DNA from: Octopus sinensis
Taxonomy: Eukaryota
Direction: 5' to 3'
DNA length: 64,000 bases
Assembly: GCF_006345805.1 (NCBI RefSeq)
Contig: NC_043006.1
Coordinates: forward strand, 39,680,001-39,744,000
The first letter of the stretch is position 1, and the number at the start of each line of letters is the position of its first letter. The position numbers and the translations under genes were made by a program. The notes beneath the pieces are model-generated. The model was not told the origin of the DNA, searched no databases, and saw nothing but the letters and a program-made list of their open reading frames with translations. Positions 39,446-52,962 of this stretch are shown piece after piece.

Positions 39446-40223
39446 ATATTCGAGTTCGAATTATTGTGGAAAAGGAGGAGATAGGGAATACAGAGGGAAA
39501 TAAGAGAGTGAGAGTAGGAATAAGATATATCCTTATATCTACTCACATGGCTTTGGTCGGCCGAAGACTATAGTGGAAGACACTAGCCCAAGGTGCCATG
39601 AACTGAGACTGAAACCGGAACCATGTGGTTGGTAAGAAAACTTCTTACCACACAGCCACGCTTCCATAATACAAAAATATCTTCTCCAGGATTGTTAAAA
39701 TCATTGAAATCTGTGTGTTATTATTTGTTATTACTAACAGCAATATGTAATATCTAGGAACAATACGTATTATTAAGTTAAACAAAAGTTTAGCAGGCAG
39801 TGTAATACAGAAAAATTCTGTTTACTTACACCTTATATCTCCAGGGAATCTATTTATTTATAGATGTGTGAAACTTAGAAGGAAAAAAAATAGGCTAATA
39901 GTTTAGGAAATCAGGTAATAAATTGTGATATGAGGAAATTATGGAAAACAATATAAAAAGTGTAACTATATCTTCAACAGTTAATTTTAAATGTAGAATT
40001 TGGTGTTCAGATAAATGTGAGCTTTCATTTATGAAGAAGTATTAAGATGTATAAAAACAAGATAAATTACAAAAATATGAAAATATTCAAAAAATGCGAT
40101 AATAGCATAAATATACTTACATACACACACACACGCAAAGACAGTCACGCACACACATAAATGTATTTATACCTGTATATATATATGTGTGTGTGTGTGT
40201 ATGTATGTACATTTGTATGTATA

Positions 40224-40268
<45 letters not shown>

Positions 40269-40999
40269 ATCTGTTTAAGGCACAGGGAAAGAATCAACAT
40301 ATTTGATGGAATTATATTTTAGTTTCGTGCAAAGTGTTAATATAGTTGGTTATGTATATATAAGGAGGTGAGGACATAACGTGTATCTCTTAAAGAAACT
40401 TTAGTCTCTACAAGTCTGTATGAAATCAATAATGTGCATGCGTGTAAACTACAATTTCTTATTGTGTAGAAGCAGATAAAAGTTTATAGAATGGACGTAT
40501 GGATGTATAGAGTCAAATATATTATACATAATACAGAATATCAGTTTAAAAGAAAGAAATTACATGAATATGAACACAATAGAATAACTCTAGCAAATGA
40601 AACATTATAAGATGTTATAAATTGGATTAAAACGAAGCAGAAAACGGTTACAAATTAGTGTAAGATATACGCAATTTTTTTCTTCTACGTTTGATATAGA
40701 ATGACAAAGTATAAAGGAAGCCATTGAATAATCTGGAATATTTCTTAGATAGGAAGCGAAAAGATCAGTGGTTGAATACTAGTGTAGAAAAATTTACTGT
40801 GACTTAAGTTTGTGAAGCATCATCTAGAGAGAAAATTTACAAGGGATTTATAGATACTACGCGTTTAAATTAAATTAACATACATAGAATAGCCGGAGTG
40901 TAAATTGTATTTAAACTGTTGAATTCAGAAATGACTTTATTAAACCATGTACCTAAGTTTAATGGTTTCTGGCGCACGGATTCTTTGAATATATTGATT

Positions 41000-41190
41000 T
41001 CAAATTTTAGCGCATAACCAGCAGTTTCAGAGGTGGGTATAAGTCTATTGCATTGACCCCATTATTCAACTGGTACTTATTTTATCAATCCCGAAAAGAT
41101 GAAATTCGGTGGAATTTGAACTCAGGGCGTAAAAACGGCGGAAATGCCGCTAAGTATTCTGTCCAACGTGCTAACAATTCTGCCAGGCTC
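41000..41190 (-). mobile_element. Diverged SINE family A
   Basis: ggaatttgaactcag...ctaacaattctgccag in reverse. Confidence 0.65.
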
Positions 41191-42530
41191 GACTCCTTTA
41201 GATTCACTGATTATATTTTTATAACCAATGTTTATAGTAAGGAAGAAAACAATACGTGTTAGAGAATATAAAATGTTAATTTTATGTTGTAATTAACTAT
41301 ATACCAAAAATGTATACTTTCTAAAAGGACATTGTAGAAGAAATTATTGTGTGCTGAAAAAATATTACCGATTAGGGAACGTAATAGCATAATATGTTTG
41401 AATCAGTTGATGCAACGTACGGTTACAAAATTAAGGTTATCCTGGATGTTATTTAAGTAATTGGAGATTGAAGAAAAGAGAACTTCATACGATTCGAAAC
41501 GCAAATTTGCCACCGCACTTTATCGTTTCCTATAGATTTTCGAGAAAAATAAAAATTCAGTTTTTATTATGTAAAAGTATGCTAATATTAAAATGTGTAT
41601 TGATAAAGCATTCCTCGAAAGAGATGCATCGGTCTTTTGTGTAAGTCTATCAATGTATTTGTAGGTGTACGTTTTTAAAAAGTGTTGCTATAAATAAACA
41701 ATGAAATAAATGACTTTAAAATCGATTTCTTATTATGCCTTCAACTTTCCTAGTGGAGGTGTAAAAAGGGTGTTGATGCAATTACAATCAAAAGTATTTT
41801 AGTGGTGTGACTAGTTTTTCACCTCAGATAATTGAAATTAGAAAGTAGTGTACCTAGCAAAATGGAAAAAAAATACTTAATATTCTTCTGCTTAAATAGT
41901 TTCTGACAATTATGTTCGGAGGGAAGTGTTTTGGTCGTAGTCTGAGAAAAAATTACTTACTGGTGTGATGTCTCGTATTGTTGAAAGACGAATTATTCAA
42001 TAGTGCATTATATATATTTTTCTAATTTTGCAACATTTTAAAAAAAGTGAATAAGCAACGAAGCTGTTGTTTATTTTACTTTCTCTCTTTTTTTTAGGTA
42101 TGTCTTTGTAATAGTTGAATGCATGGTTAAAAATCTATTCTTTTAAAGATATAGTAGATATCCTTACGGAAACAGTTTTCTCTATAATAATTATAAAATA
42201 ATACTCAGAGGTTTCCTAAAACAGTGAAATTTTAACTTTTGGTTCTTCAGAGTTCTTTTATTTTGAGTTAGCAATGTTATGTTTTCAATTATGAATGTTA
42301 ATGGTTTTCAATTTTTTTATTTTTTGTTAAATTATGAAAGGTCATACAGAATCTTTCTCTGACCTGGTTTGAAATTACGTGATAATAGCAAACCGATATC
42401 TTGGTATGAAGAGAGAAAGACGGAAATATTGCTGTAGTACATTGAAATATTATAATGCAACACTATCAATGAATTCAGTTGAATCTTCATAGTCGAATAC
42501 AGTTACTAGTAAAGAATACACACACACACT

Positions 42531-42570
<40 letters not shown>

Positions 42571-43639
42571 AGAATTTGTAATATATGATCGTGTTAGAGT
42601 TTTTAATAAATGTAATATATTTAGCTATTTAGCTTGATTAAATTTGTATCTAAAGATAGGTACAGTGATGGTAATTTTTAAAACCAGAGTGGAAGAAATG
42701 ATAAGACATTTTGTTATTCGAGATGATATGAAACTATATTGTTATTAAGTTTGAATTATTGCAAAGAGATTTGTTTAATTTAGGCTTACTCATGTGAATG
42801 ACAAAATTTAAAAGTGACTTATGATCATTAAAAGTAAAGTATGATGCTTCTCTCTTCGACTACTGCTAGTATTTTTGTCATGTCACACTGTTTATATTCT
42901 TTGATATATTTCTTAGAAACATTAGCGACGAATTTGTTTATATTTTTACGTATTTCTATCAAAACTGACAAATATTTTGTTGCTTGATGTAACTATCTAA
43001 TCTTGTTCTAAAATTCGCTGTTAATTTTCTTCTGAAAAGTAATGGTGTTCGTTCGGTCTTTAATACCTTTATTCGTGTGGAATATATCATTTAAATGTTG
43101 TAGTATTGGCACTGTTTTAAGAAAAAAATATCTACGTGCCTTTGTTGTCTCCCCAGGCAAATTTTCTTTGACATCAAAATATATTGTCTGCCAATTCCCT
43201 TTGATAAGAATTTAGTAAGCTTTCTGAAATAAGTGTTAGATTTTATTTGAAGACTTAAAGATGAATTTGATGGAAAATATTCTTTGATTTCAATGTATAT
43301 TTAGAACGAGTTTACGTTCAAATGTAATTCGACTGTAAAAGGAAACTTGTGTATTAAAAGCGACACTTTTATTTATATATAAAAGCAAAGGCACTTACTG
43401 AAACAAAGAACTCAATATTTGACGTTCATTTGAAGATGTGTTTTAAAAAAGGTGACATTCGGGGTTTTACTTGGTCCGATTTTCATACTATACAAAGACT
43501 TCTATTATGTATAAGTCGCATATAAACTTATGAGAAGATTCAGGGATATCAATCGTTGTGATGAGTGGAAAAGATTTATCAATAAAAAGCAGTGAAAAAC
43601 AAAACAGATGGAAATAGCGGTTATCTTTAGTCTTGCACG

Positions 43640-43985
43640 TGTTCCAGTCAGTAGGTTGTACCCATGCTGGAGCACCACATTCAAGTAACCCAGTAACTTG
43701 TTAAAGCCTAGTACTTATTCTTTCGGAGTCATCTTGCCGAACTGTTACGTAACGGGGACACACATACACCAGCATCGATTGTCGGGCAGTGATGAGTGCC
43801 AAACACAGAAACGCACGCGCACGCACACACATACACACACACACACACACACAATACACACACACAAATCTACTCACAAGGCCTTGTTAGGTCCGATGCT
43901 ATAGCAAAAGACACTTGCCCCAGGTGCTACCAAGCGGGACTGAATTTGGAAATACATGGTTGGGAATTAAACTTCGGATTACATA
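43640..43985 (-). mobile_element. Diverged SINE family B
   Basis: catgctggagcacc...aagcctagtacttattc...aaatctactcacaaggc...gacacttgccc. Confidence 0.75.
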
Positions 43986-44748
43986 GCTGGTTCCTTTTAT
44001 TCAAAACATGACCAAGAGCAGGGAAATAATGAAATACGGACATAAATGGAACAAAGATTGAAGGGAAAAGAGTGTAGGGATTTCAAGAAAGCTTAATATA
44101 CATAAGAGTGCATGATTTATTTTAATGGCTAATGAATTGATTAATACAATGTACCTAAATCAAGAATGGACAGTATTCGTAAATGAGTGACATTATGGGA
44201 AAATTAAGTTACTTTATTATGTCGTCAATACTTATTTTATTTTGAGAAAATAAATTTCAGTTATCAAGATGTAAACGATTCAAACTATTAATGACTTAGA
44301 AAAATTTATGAGGATGTCTGTAAAATTTGTATGAAAATAAATATTTAATTCAACTTAAAATACCGATATAACCTAAATACGAAATCAGGGTTTATATCAG
44401 TATCAAAATTTGTTTAATTTACTACATAGATTGGAAGAACAATTCATTGTATATAAACACATCAAAATAAAACTAAAATGGAAGAATATTGAAATAATCA
44501 ACGTCATTTTTGGCTTTATAAGAAAATGGTATGAAAAATCCTGTGAGTTTAATAAATATATGGTAAATATATTTGGGTTGTTCTGGCAATAAATAAGTTT
44601 CTTGATGTACAATGTAGACCTATAGTCTACTTAAGTGTATTAAATAAGAACATCTTAAAACACAGTTTGAATCTCCAAATTCGGTGAAGTTTCGAAGTCA
44701 CAGGCACATTTTCCATGTATGTTTGCACGTATTTATGTACGTTTGCAA

Positions 44749-44824
<76 letters not shown>

Positions 44825-44992
44825 GTGTGTGTGTGTGTGAGTATGTGTGTGTAAATATAATATGTGACAATTATTCGGCACCCATGATAATAATTGTCAT
44901 ATATATTTACAGATAAATTCCTCTATTTCCATAATATCGAGATCTCTTTCATTATTTTGTTGTCCTACCATTTCTATCAATATATATATAAG

Positions 44993-45220
44993 ACGAGCTG
45001 GCAGAACCGTTAGCACGCCGGGCGAAATGCATAGCCGTATTTCATCTGCCGTTACGTTCTGAGTTCAAATTCCGCCGAGGTCGACTTTGCCTTTCATCCT
45101 TTCGGGGGCGATAAATTAAGTACCAGTTACGCACTGGGGTCGATGTAATCGACATAATCCATTTTTCTGTCCTTGTTTGTCCTTTCTATACTTAGCCCCT
45201 TTTGGGTAATAAAGAAATAT
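44993..45220 (+). mobile_element. SINE family A monomer
   Basis: Full head, B box, central domain and tail. Confidence 0.88.
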
Positions 45221-45267
45221 ATATATGTATATAAACATATACATATATATATATATATATATATAAT

Positions 45268-45316
<49 letters not shown>

Positions 45317-45366
45317 GTACGTATGTATATAGATAGATAGAAGATAGATAGATAGATATGAAGGTA

Positions 45367-45690
45367 TGAAGGTGCATGGCTCAGTGATTTAGAGCGTCGG
45401 GCTCACAATCATGAGGTAGTGAGTTCGTTTCCTGGACCGGACTTTATTTCACGTGGCTCCAATTCACTTATCTGCAGAAATGAGTTGCGACGTCACAGGT
45501 GCCAAGCTGTACCGTCTTTTGCCTTTCCCTTGGATAACGTCGGTGGCGTGGACAGGAGAGGCTGGTATGCATGGGAGACTGCTGGTCTTCCATAAACAAA
45601 CTTGTTCGGACTTGTCCCTCGGAGGGGAAATTTCTACATGCAACCTCATGGTCATTCATGACTGAAGGATGGGGCATTAACATTAACCTC
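45367..45690 (+). mobile_element. tRNA-derived SINE (fourth family)
   Basis: A box tggctcagtgatttag and B box gagttcgtttcc, with a 3' body unrelated to families A-C. Confidence 0.65.
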
Positions 45691-45756
45691 CACACTCTTA
45701 ACACCTGTATGTTCCGAAATATAAATCTTCTCAAATAACGTGCACTTCATACTCAA

Positions 45757-45837
45757 GGCTCTGATGAAGCTATAGGACGTTACCCAGGTACTCTACTAGA
45801 ATTCCAGCACATTTTATAACAGAAACAGCTGTAAGAT
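45757..45837 (+). ncRNA. Hammerhead motif, beta-type with extended stem II
   Basis: CUGAUGA-A-[52-nt stem II region GCUAUAGGA...UUUUAUAAC]-A-GAAA-CAGCUG-UA. The core and ACAGCUGU palindrome are intact. Confidence 0.65.
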
Positions 45838-46387
45838 AATGATGTTCAATACATAACCTTTGTTTTTTTCCGGTGGATAATTTAAAAAATTGACTAACGA
45901 GAGGAGGCTGTGAATGAGACGTCCTTGTTTTTCCTGTCCATTTTTTAAATGTTTTCTTGTCCGTCTTTGTATCGCCTGTCTGCCCGGATGTTTTATTGTC
46001 GTCTGTTGCATTCTTATTCTATTTTGGGGGATTTTAAAAAAAATTACACGAACGTATATAAACAGGAGATACAAATATTACAGGCATCCCCCCCCGCACA
46101 CACACTAACTAACCATAGACGCACATAGAGATATACGCAAGCGCAAATGAGGACACATACAATAGAAATACAAAATGGCTGACAGTTAGTAAGGAGAGAC
46201 ACACAAATAAGAAAAAAGAAAGCAAAGGACCACTGATGCGGTCACAGGAGTGTGACGAAAGAACTTTGGTCGAAATACGATTAAGATTAATGTAAAAAAG
46301 TAAATAACGCTGAAGCAAAATAACACCAAATATATAGTGCGTGTGTGTTTTTATTGGCTAAACTGGCAAAATGACCATTCCTAAATG

Positions 46388-46431
<44 letters not shown>

Positions 46432-46435
<4 letters not shown>

Positions 46436-46700
46436 GTATTGGTATCCAGAAGATCAAAAGTGACAGGTAAGGCTATGTAAGCGCTCATGAAGGACCGTAG
46501 TTAGGATTAATAATACGGTTGGATTAATAATACGAGTGAGGAGTCTAAACCGGGTCCTGTGTGAGTATGTATATGTTAAATAAAATGAGATAACAAAACC
46601 AAGGCTGTGTGGAATTTATAGGATATTTATAAAGAAAAAGTTAGTCTTATAGTTGTTTCTGGGATATTAGGGATATCCCTTCATCAGAGACGATGTGAGA
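46432..46700 (-). mobile_element. About 270-bp non-coding element with a 5' hammerhead (family beta), copy 2
   Basis: Homologous to 39145-39445 and abuts a (TA)n run at its 3' end. Confidence 0.75.
46644..46691 (-). ncRNA. Type I hammerhead motif, family beta
   Basis: GUCU-CUGAUGA-A-GGGAUAU[CCCUA]AUAUCCC-A-GAAA-CAACUA-UA-AGAC. Perfect stems I and II; stem III palindrome has two G>A changes. Confidence 0.78.
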
Positions 46701-46711
46701 TGGTTAAATAG

Positions 46712-47010
46712 ATGTGGTTGTGTGGTAAGTTTACTTCCCAACCACATGGTTCAGGGTTCAGTCCCACTGAATGGCATCTCAGGCAAATGTCTCCCAATGC
46801 CTCGGGCTGATTAGTCTTCTGAGTAGATTTTACTAGACAGAAGCCGAAAAGAGCATGCCGTATATATGTGTGCGTGAGAGTGTGTGTCTTTGTGTGTGTG
46901 TTTCTCCCCCATCACTTCTCGTAGCGCAGCTGTTTAGCAAAAAGACTGATAAATAAGTTTCAATATATTCTTCAGGGCAGTGTCCCAGCATGACAAGATA
47001 CTTTATTACT
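46712..47010 (+). mobile_element. Diverged SINE family B
   Basis: tggttgtgtggtaag...gggttcagtcccactg...ccagcatga. Confidence 0.7.
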
Positions 47011-47138
47011 CGACTGAGGAATTCCTGAGGTAGATCCAGAGGCATTTATATCTATGCTGTTAATGACATCAGGTAACCGCAGACAGTGAAAGGGCTTTAA
47101 TCGGCATACTACGCAAGTCTAAAAGTTTAAAAAATAAT

Positions 47139-47169
<31 letters not shown>

Positions 47170-47711
47170 TATATACATATATATATATATGCACGATATA
47201 CAGTATGTATGTATGTGTACGTGCGTACGTACACACATACATAAATGCCAATACAACACACACACGTTGTACATACACACACATATTAGTGGCCATCTTT
47301 CTCCAGTATTTTACTGCCTTGTTCTCGCTATAATTATTCTTGTGATCACATCTAGATTATATTTTGTCGTTGTCTAATATATCTTCATTTAAAACTAATA
47401 TTTTATTTACCACTTTCCTGATTGTTGACCATCAATTTATCATCTACCTAAGGGCGAAACTTTCTCTGTACCATTATATATATTTTATGATCGTTCAGTA
47501 ACTTCATACCGGATTTTGTTATATGTCTAGGGGAATTGCCTTGCCAAAAATTTCTTCATCCGAATTGAGCGGAAAAATTTCAAAGGTTGAAGTAAGATAT
47601 TAAATCTTCAATATATTTTTTAAAGTGTTTTAAATGCCTTTTAATGTTGAAAACACTCGACACATCTGGCAGACGTATCCCTAAACGGTATTCTGACAAA
47701 TACTCTCTTTT

Positions 47712-47957
47712 TTACTCTTTTACTTGTTTCAGTCATTTGACTGTGGCCATGCTGGAGCACCACCTTTAGTCGAACAAATCGACCCCAGGACTTATTCTTT
47801 GTAAGCCTAGTACTTATTCTATCGGTATCTTTTGCCGAAACGCTAAGTTACGGGGATGTAAACAACCACCATCTGTTGTCAAGCGATGTTGGGGAGACAA
47901 ACACAGAGACACAAACGTATGCATACACACATGCATACATACATATATACATACATG

Positions 47958-48004
<47 letters not shown>

Positions 48005-48146
48005 GACGGGCTTCTTTCAGTTTCTGTCTACTAAATCCACTCACAAGGCTTTGGTCGGCCCGAGGCTATAGTAGAAGACACTTGCCAAAGGTGCCACGCA
48101 GTGGGACTGAACCCGGAACCATGTAGTTCGTAAGCAAGCTACTTAC
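47712..48146 (-). mobile_element. SINE family B, full length
   Basis: Aligns with 26730-27101 and 61850-62328. Confidence 0.88.
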
Positions 48147-48184
48147 AAATGTTTTTTTCTTCTTTTTGTCATTGTTAAATCTTT

Positions 48185-48587
48185 TGATCTGTTATCTTTA
48201 ACTTGTTTTAGTCATTGGATAGCTGCCATGCTGGGGGCACTGTGTTGGAGGATTTCAGTCAAACAAATGGAAACCAATATTTAATATCTTTTAACCTCTG
48301 GTACTTATTCGATCGGATATCTGTTGCCGAATCGATGAATTACAGAGACGTAAACAAACGAACAACGCTTGTCAGGTGACGGGGGGGGGGTCACAAACAA
48401 AAAGACACATGCATTCACACATACACATATCCACTCAGATAGATAAATAAATAGATAGATAGATAGACAGACGGACGGACGGACCGACAGACAGACAGAC
48501 AGACACAGACAGACAGACGGACAGACTGACAGACAGACAGAGAGACAGACTGACTGACTGACTGACAAACAGACTGACAGACAGAGT

Positions 48588-48667
<80 letters not shown>

Positions 48668-48930
48668 CAGACAGATAGATAGATATCTTTTACATTTCAG
48701 TCGTTTCAGCTATTAGACCGCTGCTATGTTGGAGCACCGCCTCGAAGAATTTTTAATCGAATGAATCGATCGGCTTCTCAAAGAATCTTCGTCCTGCTTA
48801 ATTTATTTACAACGCTTTGGCCGTCCCGGGGCTAAGTGTAAGATACTCACCGAAATGGCCACGCAGTGAGACTGAACCTAAGACCATGAGATTACGAAGC
48901 AAAGTTTTTAACGCGATGCCATGACTGCGC
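48185..48930 (-). mobile_element. Two older SINE family B fragments separated by GATA/GACA microsatellite
   Basis: ccatgctgggggcac...gtacttattcgatc and ggagcaccgcctcgaag...gactgaacc. Confidence 0.6.
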
Positions 48931-49312
48931 CTAATTAAAGTTACAACTGTCCATATCACGTGTTACAGTCTTTACAGTGCTCACAGAACAGCAGTCATGA
49001 TGTCAGCATTTTGATACCCGGCGCGATTCACCTAGACACAGGTAACCCTTTCCCAATATCCAGATGGCTCCGATTTCTCCATTTCAGCTAACCTTTTCTC
49101 AACTACAGGTTTATTTTAGTTTTTGTTAACCAAATCCACTCACAGAATTTTGGTCGTAGGGCTCGGGTGGAAGTCATTAAGACCCCTCAGTTGGAAAGCA
49201 AAAATGCTAACCTCACAGCTATATCCTGGAAGCATAGCGATACCAGGCCAACTCTGTGAAAACGGAGCATGCCCTTAACTCTTTGCTTTATTCTGAAAAT
49301 CAGTTTAATATT

Positions 49313-49671
49313 AACTAGCACTATGACCCGGCAACCCCGGGTCATAGTGGTAGTGCATGCATATACAGCTCCGTGCGTGCGTACATACACGCGAGTACTG
49401 TCCAAATCTCTGGCTAATCACATACACAGCTATCTGGCAGTCAATTGGCGTATCAAGTTTCGGGCATCTTGATTGGGTTTTGGATAGAAAATTCACAAAA
49501 GGTCACTTCTATTGATTTTTTAATGGCTTTACGGGGAAATGTAAAGATGTCCACGACCATCCTTGGACGGGTTTGAATGACCATAGAAAGTGCGAGTCCT
49601 CTAACTGAAAAATTGTGGATTTGTATAAAGGACACACACACAGACATTTTGCCGTTTATATATAGAGAGAT
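49313..49671 (+). mobile_element. Helentron/DINE-1/Lep1-type non-autonomous rolling-circle element (candidate)
   Basis: 5' aactag followed by a 13-bp perfect hairpin cactatgacccgg-caacc-ccgggtcatagtg, a short (CA)n near the 3' end, and the terminus tttatatatagagagat. This is the layout of HINE/Lep1 elements. Confidence 0.6.
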
Positions 49672-50297
49672 GACTCTAAATGGAGACCATATCGGTTACT
49701 TAACTGAAAAGAACACATACTACATTTCGATCTTAGTCAACAGACCGAGAAGAGATTGTAGAACATGGGAGGGCGATAAGCAAAATTGAACTGTGAGCTT
49801 GAGGATAAAAACTCAGAACGTCACACAGACAAAGATAAATACTATACGACATTTTGAATTGTTCAATACCACCGATTATGTCATAGCACTAAATATTGTT
49901 ATAAAATATTCGGGATATTTCTTATTTCGGCTCATTTAACATAATTTTCTGAAATATCTTTGGAGACCATTGTTTCAGAATGTTGTTTTACAATAGTTTG
50001 CAAGTTCACGATAATGATCGAATATTATGATTTTTAGAGGATAACCTCAGGCTTTCTGAGTATCAAACACTCATATAAACAATGGCAGATTTATTCCCTT
50101 AAGGAAACTGTCATGCAAGATTCAGAAAAATCATAGTCTCATTGTCGTGCAATAATAATGTTACCAGAGATTATATATAGATAGAGAAATGAATAAATGT
50201 GTTTGGGGTATGCGAATAATTCGTGCACTTACATAGACAGACAAACACACATACGATACGCGTATGTACATACACACATACATACTTGCATACACAC

Positions 50298-50340
<43 letters not shown>

Positions 50341-50379
50341 CATATATATATATATATATGTATGTATATATATATATAC

Positions 50380-50422
<43 letters not shown>

Positions 50423-50441
50423 CATATATATGTATATATAT

Positions 50442-50491
<50 letters not shown>

Positions 50492-50995
50492 CACTCACAC
50501 ACAAAGAATATACATACTTGTGTGTATTTGTATATGTATACATATATATATATACATATAAATACACACACACATATATATATAAATGTATGTATACACG
50601 TACATATACGTATACATATATATTCACTCTCTTAAGCATATGAGCGTGTGTGAGTGTGGGTATGTGTGTGTATGTGCGTGCGTGTGTATGTGTGTGTGTG
50701 AGCATGTGTATGTGTACATATGAATTTTTGCTTGTAAACACATGAAACATAAACTCGGATTTATGTCACATATGCATGTGTGTAAAAGATGAAAGCTGTC
50801 CGGTTTTTCTAACCAAATGAGTTCCAACCCGCGCCATTACTTGTAGCTTTACCGCTTCGAGTTTCAATGTTTCAAGCAAGAATTATTGTGTGTTTCTAGA
50901 TATTAAATGCCTGCGTGCCTGATGGTATTATTGTGACTATGCCTGTATATATATATATATATATAGTTTCGTATAACTTTCTTGGATTTATTTGT

Positions 50996-51075
50996 GGCTC
51001 CGTGGAAGCTATAGGATGTTGCACAGGCCTTCATTTCTGAGTACACTGCATCCCTTGGCAGAAACAACTGTAAGA
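50996..51075 (+). ncRNA. Decayed beta-type hammerhead with extended stem II
   Basis: Homologous to 45757-45837: ggct-CCGUGGA-A-GCUAUAGGAUG...CAUCCCUUGGC-A-GAAA-CAACUG-UA-agat. The core is mutated. Confidence 0.55.
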
Positions 51076-51330
51076 TTTTGAAGTTGACTATATAATACCC
51101 GTTCCCTTGTCATTCAAGTATTTATATTACTGTCTATACCCGCTTAACTCTTCCTTAAAAATATATTCTTTTATTCTTTTACTTGTTTCAATCATTTGAC
51201 TGCGGCCATGCTGTATTTGTTTTTCCAACAGCTGTTTATTAGTACCGTTATGACTACGCGAAACCATAACATACATGTTTGTGCGCATTTGTGTGTGTGT
51301 GTATGTGTGTGTGTGTGTGTTTGTGTGTGT

Positions 51331-52058
51331 GTTTTTTTAGTAAAAACACAAGGAGCAGCAAGAATCAATATAAATTGCTGTACATCGATGTATTTTATGA
51401 ATGTCATAATACCACAACATCACGTTCTTATAGATTACTATTCGGCACTACCACTACTATCTGTGGCCAATAACTAACTTTCATTCAGCTCGCCAGCAAC
51501 TAGCTCCACCTGTGATCGATTCGTTACTGTTAAAATCTTTCAGTACAAATGAAGATTAGGTAGCATGCTGTGAAAAGAAATACCTGCTGGTAATGACGCG
51601 TAAATACGCAGAAATAACGCGATCTTGCAGTTACACCACCGTTGCTGGAAATTTCATTTTGTCTGCTTTTTTTTTATATATTCCTTGCTTTTTAACACTA
51701 TACGTCTACGGAGATGACTTCTCAAGACGAATACCGCAGTATAGTTGCGTTCTTACAGTACATTCGTGTTAAGTAGAATTCACACATTGCTGTTCTGTAC
51801 AAATACTGTAACTTTTGCTTATAAACATTACGTGTGTGTGTGTGTGTGTGTGCGCGCGCGCGTGTGTACATATTCGCATATGTGTGTGAATGTGTGTGTG
51901 TATATGTATATATATATATCGTAAATAAAAGAAATGTATATAATTTTGGTTTAGACATGAGAGAGAGTGAGAAAGCAGGAGGTGGAGAAACCATTCGGAG
52001 AGAGAGAGGATAGGAATATGTGCGACATAGAAGAGAGGAGACAGTAAGAGAGACATAT

Positions 52059-52100
<42 letters not shown>

Positions 52101-52908
52101 ATATGTGGATAAGTAATAGATATGTGTGTAATATGCGTGTCTGTGTAAATATGTATGTGCGCGCGCGCGTGTGTGTATGTATGTGTGTGTGTTTTTAGTA
52201 AAAACACAAGGAGCAGCAAGAATCAATATAAATTGCTGTACATCGATGTATTTTATGAATGTCATAATACCACAACATCACGTTCTTATAGATTACTATT
52301 CGGCACTACCACTACTATCTGTGGCCAATAACTAACTTTCATTCAGCTCGCCAGCAACTAGCTCCACCTGTGATCGATTCGTTACTGTTAAAATCTTTCA
52401 GTACAAATGAAGATTAGGTAGCATGCTGTGAAAAGAAATACCTGCTGGTAATGACGCGTAAATACGCAGAAATAACGCGATCTTGCAGTTACACCACCGT
52501 TGCTGGAAATTTCATTTTGTCTGCTTTTTTTTATATATTCCTTGCTTTTTAACACTATACGTCTACGGAGATGACTTCTCAAGACGAATACCGCAGTATA
52601 GTTGCGTTCTTACAGTACATTCGTGTTAAGTAGAATTCACACATTGCTGTTCTGTACAAATACTGTAACTTTTGCTTATAAACATTACGTGTGTGTGTGT
52701 GTGTGTGCGCGCGCGCGTGTGTACATATTCGCATATGTGTGTGAATGTGTGTGTGTATATGTATATATATATATATCGTAAATAAAAGAAATGTATATAA
52801 TTTTGGTTTAGACATGAGAGAGAGTGAGAAAGCAGGAGGTGGAGAAACCATTCGGAGAGAGAGAGGATAGGAATATGTGCGACATAGAAGAGAGGAGACA
52901 GTAAGAGA

Positions 52909-52962
<54 letters not shown>

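Larger units (their letters stand above)
38905..39660 (-). mobile_element. SINE family B split by a hammerhead-bearing element
   Basis: Tail half at 38905-39130 and head half at 39530-39660, with the 39145-39445 element in the central TA/CA microsatellite. Confidence 0.7.
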
